IMG/VR virus record: IMGVR_UViG_3300008120_000059
Coordinates: 1 to 64,000 of that record
Strand: one strand, 5' to 3'
DNA length: 64,000 nucleotides
DNA from: a virus
Taxonomy: Duplodnaviria > Heunggongvirae > Uroviricota > Caudoviricetes
Shown here: piece after piece, positions 63,979-64,000 of the stretch
How positions within the stretch are numbered: position 1 is the stretch's first letter
Layout: each line of letters starts with the position of its first letter
The notes under the pieces: model-generated
The model's database searches: none
What the model was told of the DNA's origin: nothing
Seen by the model: only the letters and a program-made list of their open reading frames with translations
Position numbers and translations under genes: made by a program

Positions 63979-64000
63979 TTTTCTTTAATTTTAAAATCCT

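Noticed and set aside
1-64000. CRISPR arrays, rRNA genes and canonical tRNAs
   Set aside because: No regularly spaced short direct repeats with unique spacers, no rRNA-like GC-rich long non-coding stretches, and no GTTCGA/TTCGAATC-type T-loop with matching acceptor stems were seen in intergenic gaps. The only structured non-coding island (14215-14400) does not fold as a cloverleaf by eye.
1-64000. Origin from a eukaryotic giant virus (NCLDV), prompted by GSII, GME and the large glycosylation island
   Set aside because: Bacteroidetes-type -33/-7 promoter motifs, bacterial lipoprotein signals, peptidoglycan hydrolases, LpxH-like and OMP-like genes and tight bacterial-style gene overlaps argue for a bacterial-virus context. 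Eukaryote-like enzymes are better explained as acquired auxiliary genes, though a cellular (genomic island) origin cannot be excluded without flanking sequence.

Overview
AT-rich (roughly 30-33% GC), densely coding 64 kb window whose architecture points to a large virus or bacteriophage of a Bacteroidetes (Flavobacteriia-like) host rather than cellular chromosome. Sequence-visible support: (i) repeated intergenic promoter cassettes carrying the Bacteroidetes sigma-A type -33 TTTG / -7 TAnnTTTG signals; (ii) several Bacteroidetes-style lipoprotein signal peptides (hydrophobic stretch then Cys-Ser/Lys); (iii) two peptidoglycan hydrolases (M15 peptidase with PG-binding domain; glucosaminidase); (iv) many short overlapping ORFs without recognizable domains interspersed with viral-type nucleotide and DNA metabolism genes. 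Layout: plus-strand block 1-7 kb (small genes behind repeated promoters; an iteron-like repeat cluster next to a Lys/Ala-rich DNA-binding protein); long minus-strand block 7.5-49 kb; plus-strand 12 kb glycan-biosynthesis island 51.2-63.4 kb, the most likely candidate for a coherent virus-encoded system; convergent thioredoxin/glutaredoxin pair at the right end. The minus-strand block carries UvrD-like helicase, DEDDh exonuclease, NT5C-type deoxyribonucleotidase, NUDIX hydrolase, ParB-like nuclease domain, LpxH-like phosphoesterase, GT2, PLP aminotransferase, methylglyoxal synthase plus an OMP-like beta-barrel, SPFH protein, insertion-rich thymidylate synthase, hotdog thioesterase, type II glutamine synthetase, an orphan SPPY DNA methyltransferase and a tandem pair of large paralogs. 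The island carries GT-A and GT-B glycosyltransferases, a WecB-like UDP-GlcNAc 2-epimerase, two FkbM-family methyltransferases and a clear GDP-mannose 3,5-epimerase (GME) homolog. No rRNA, canonical tRNA, CRISPR array, integrase catalytic domain or recognizable capsid/terminase genes were found in this window. One GC-rich structured intergenic island (14.2-14.4 kb) is a candidate ncRNA. At least two loci show adjacent out-of-frame ORF halves suggesting frameshifts (2319/2450; glucosaminidase at 25.5-26.0 kb).
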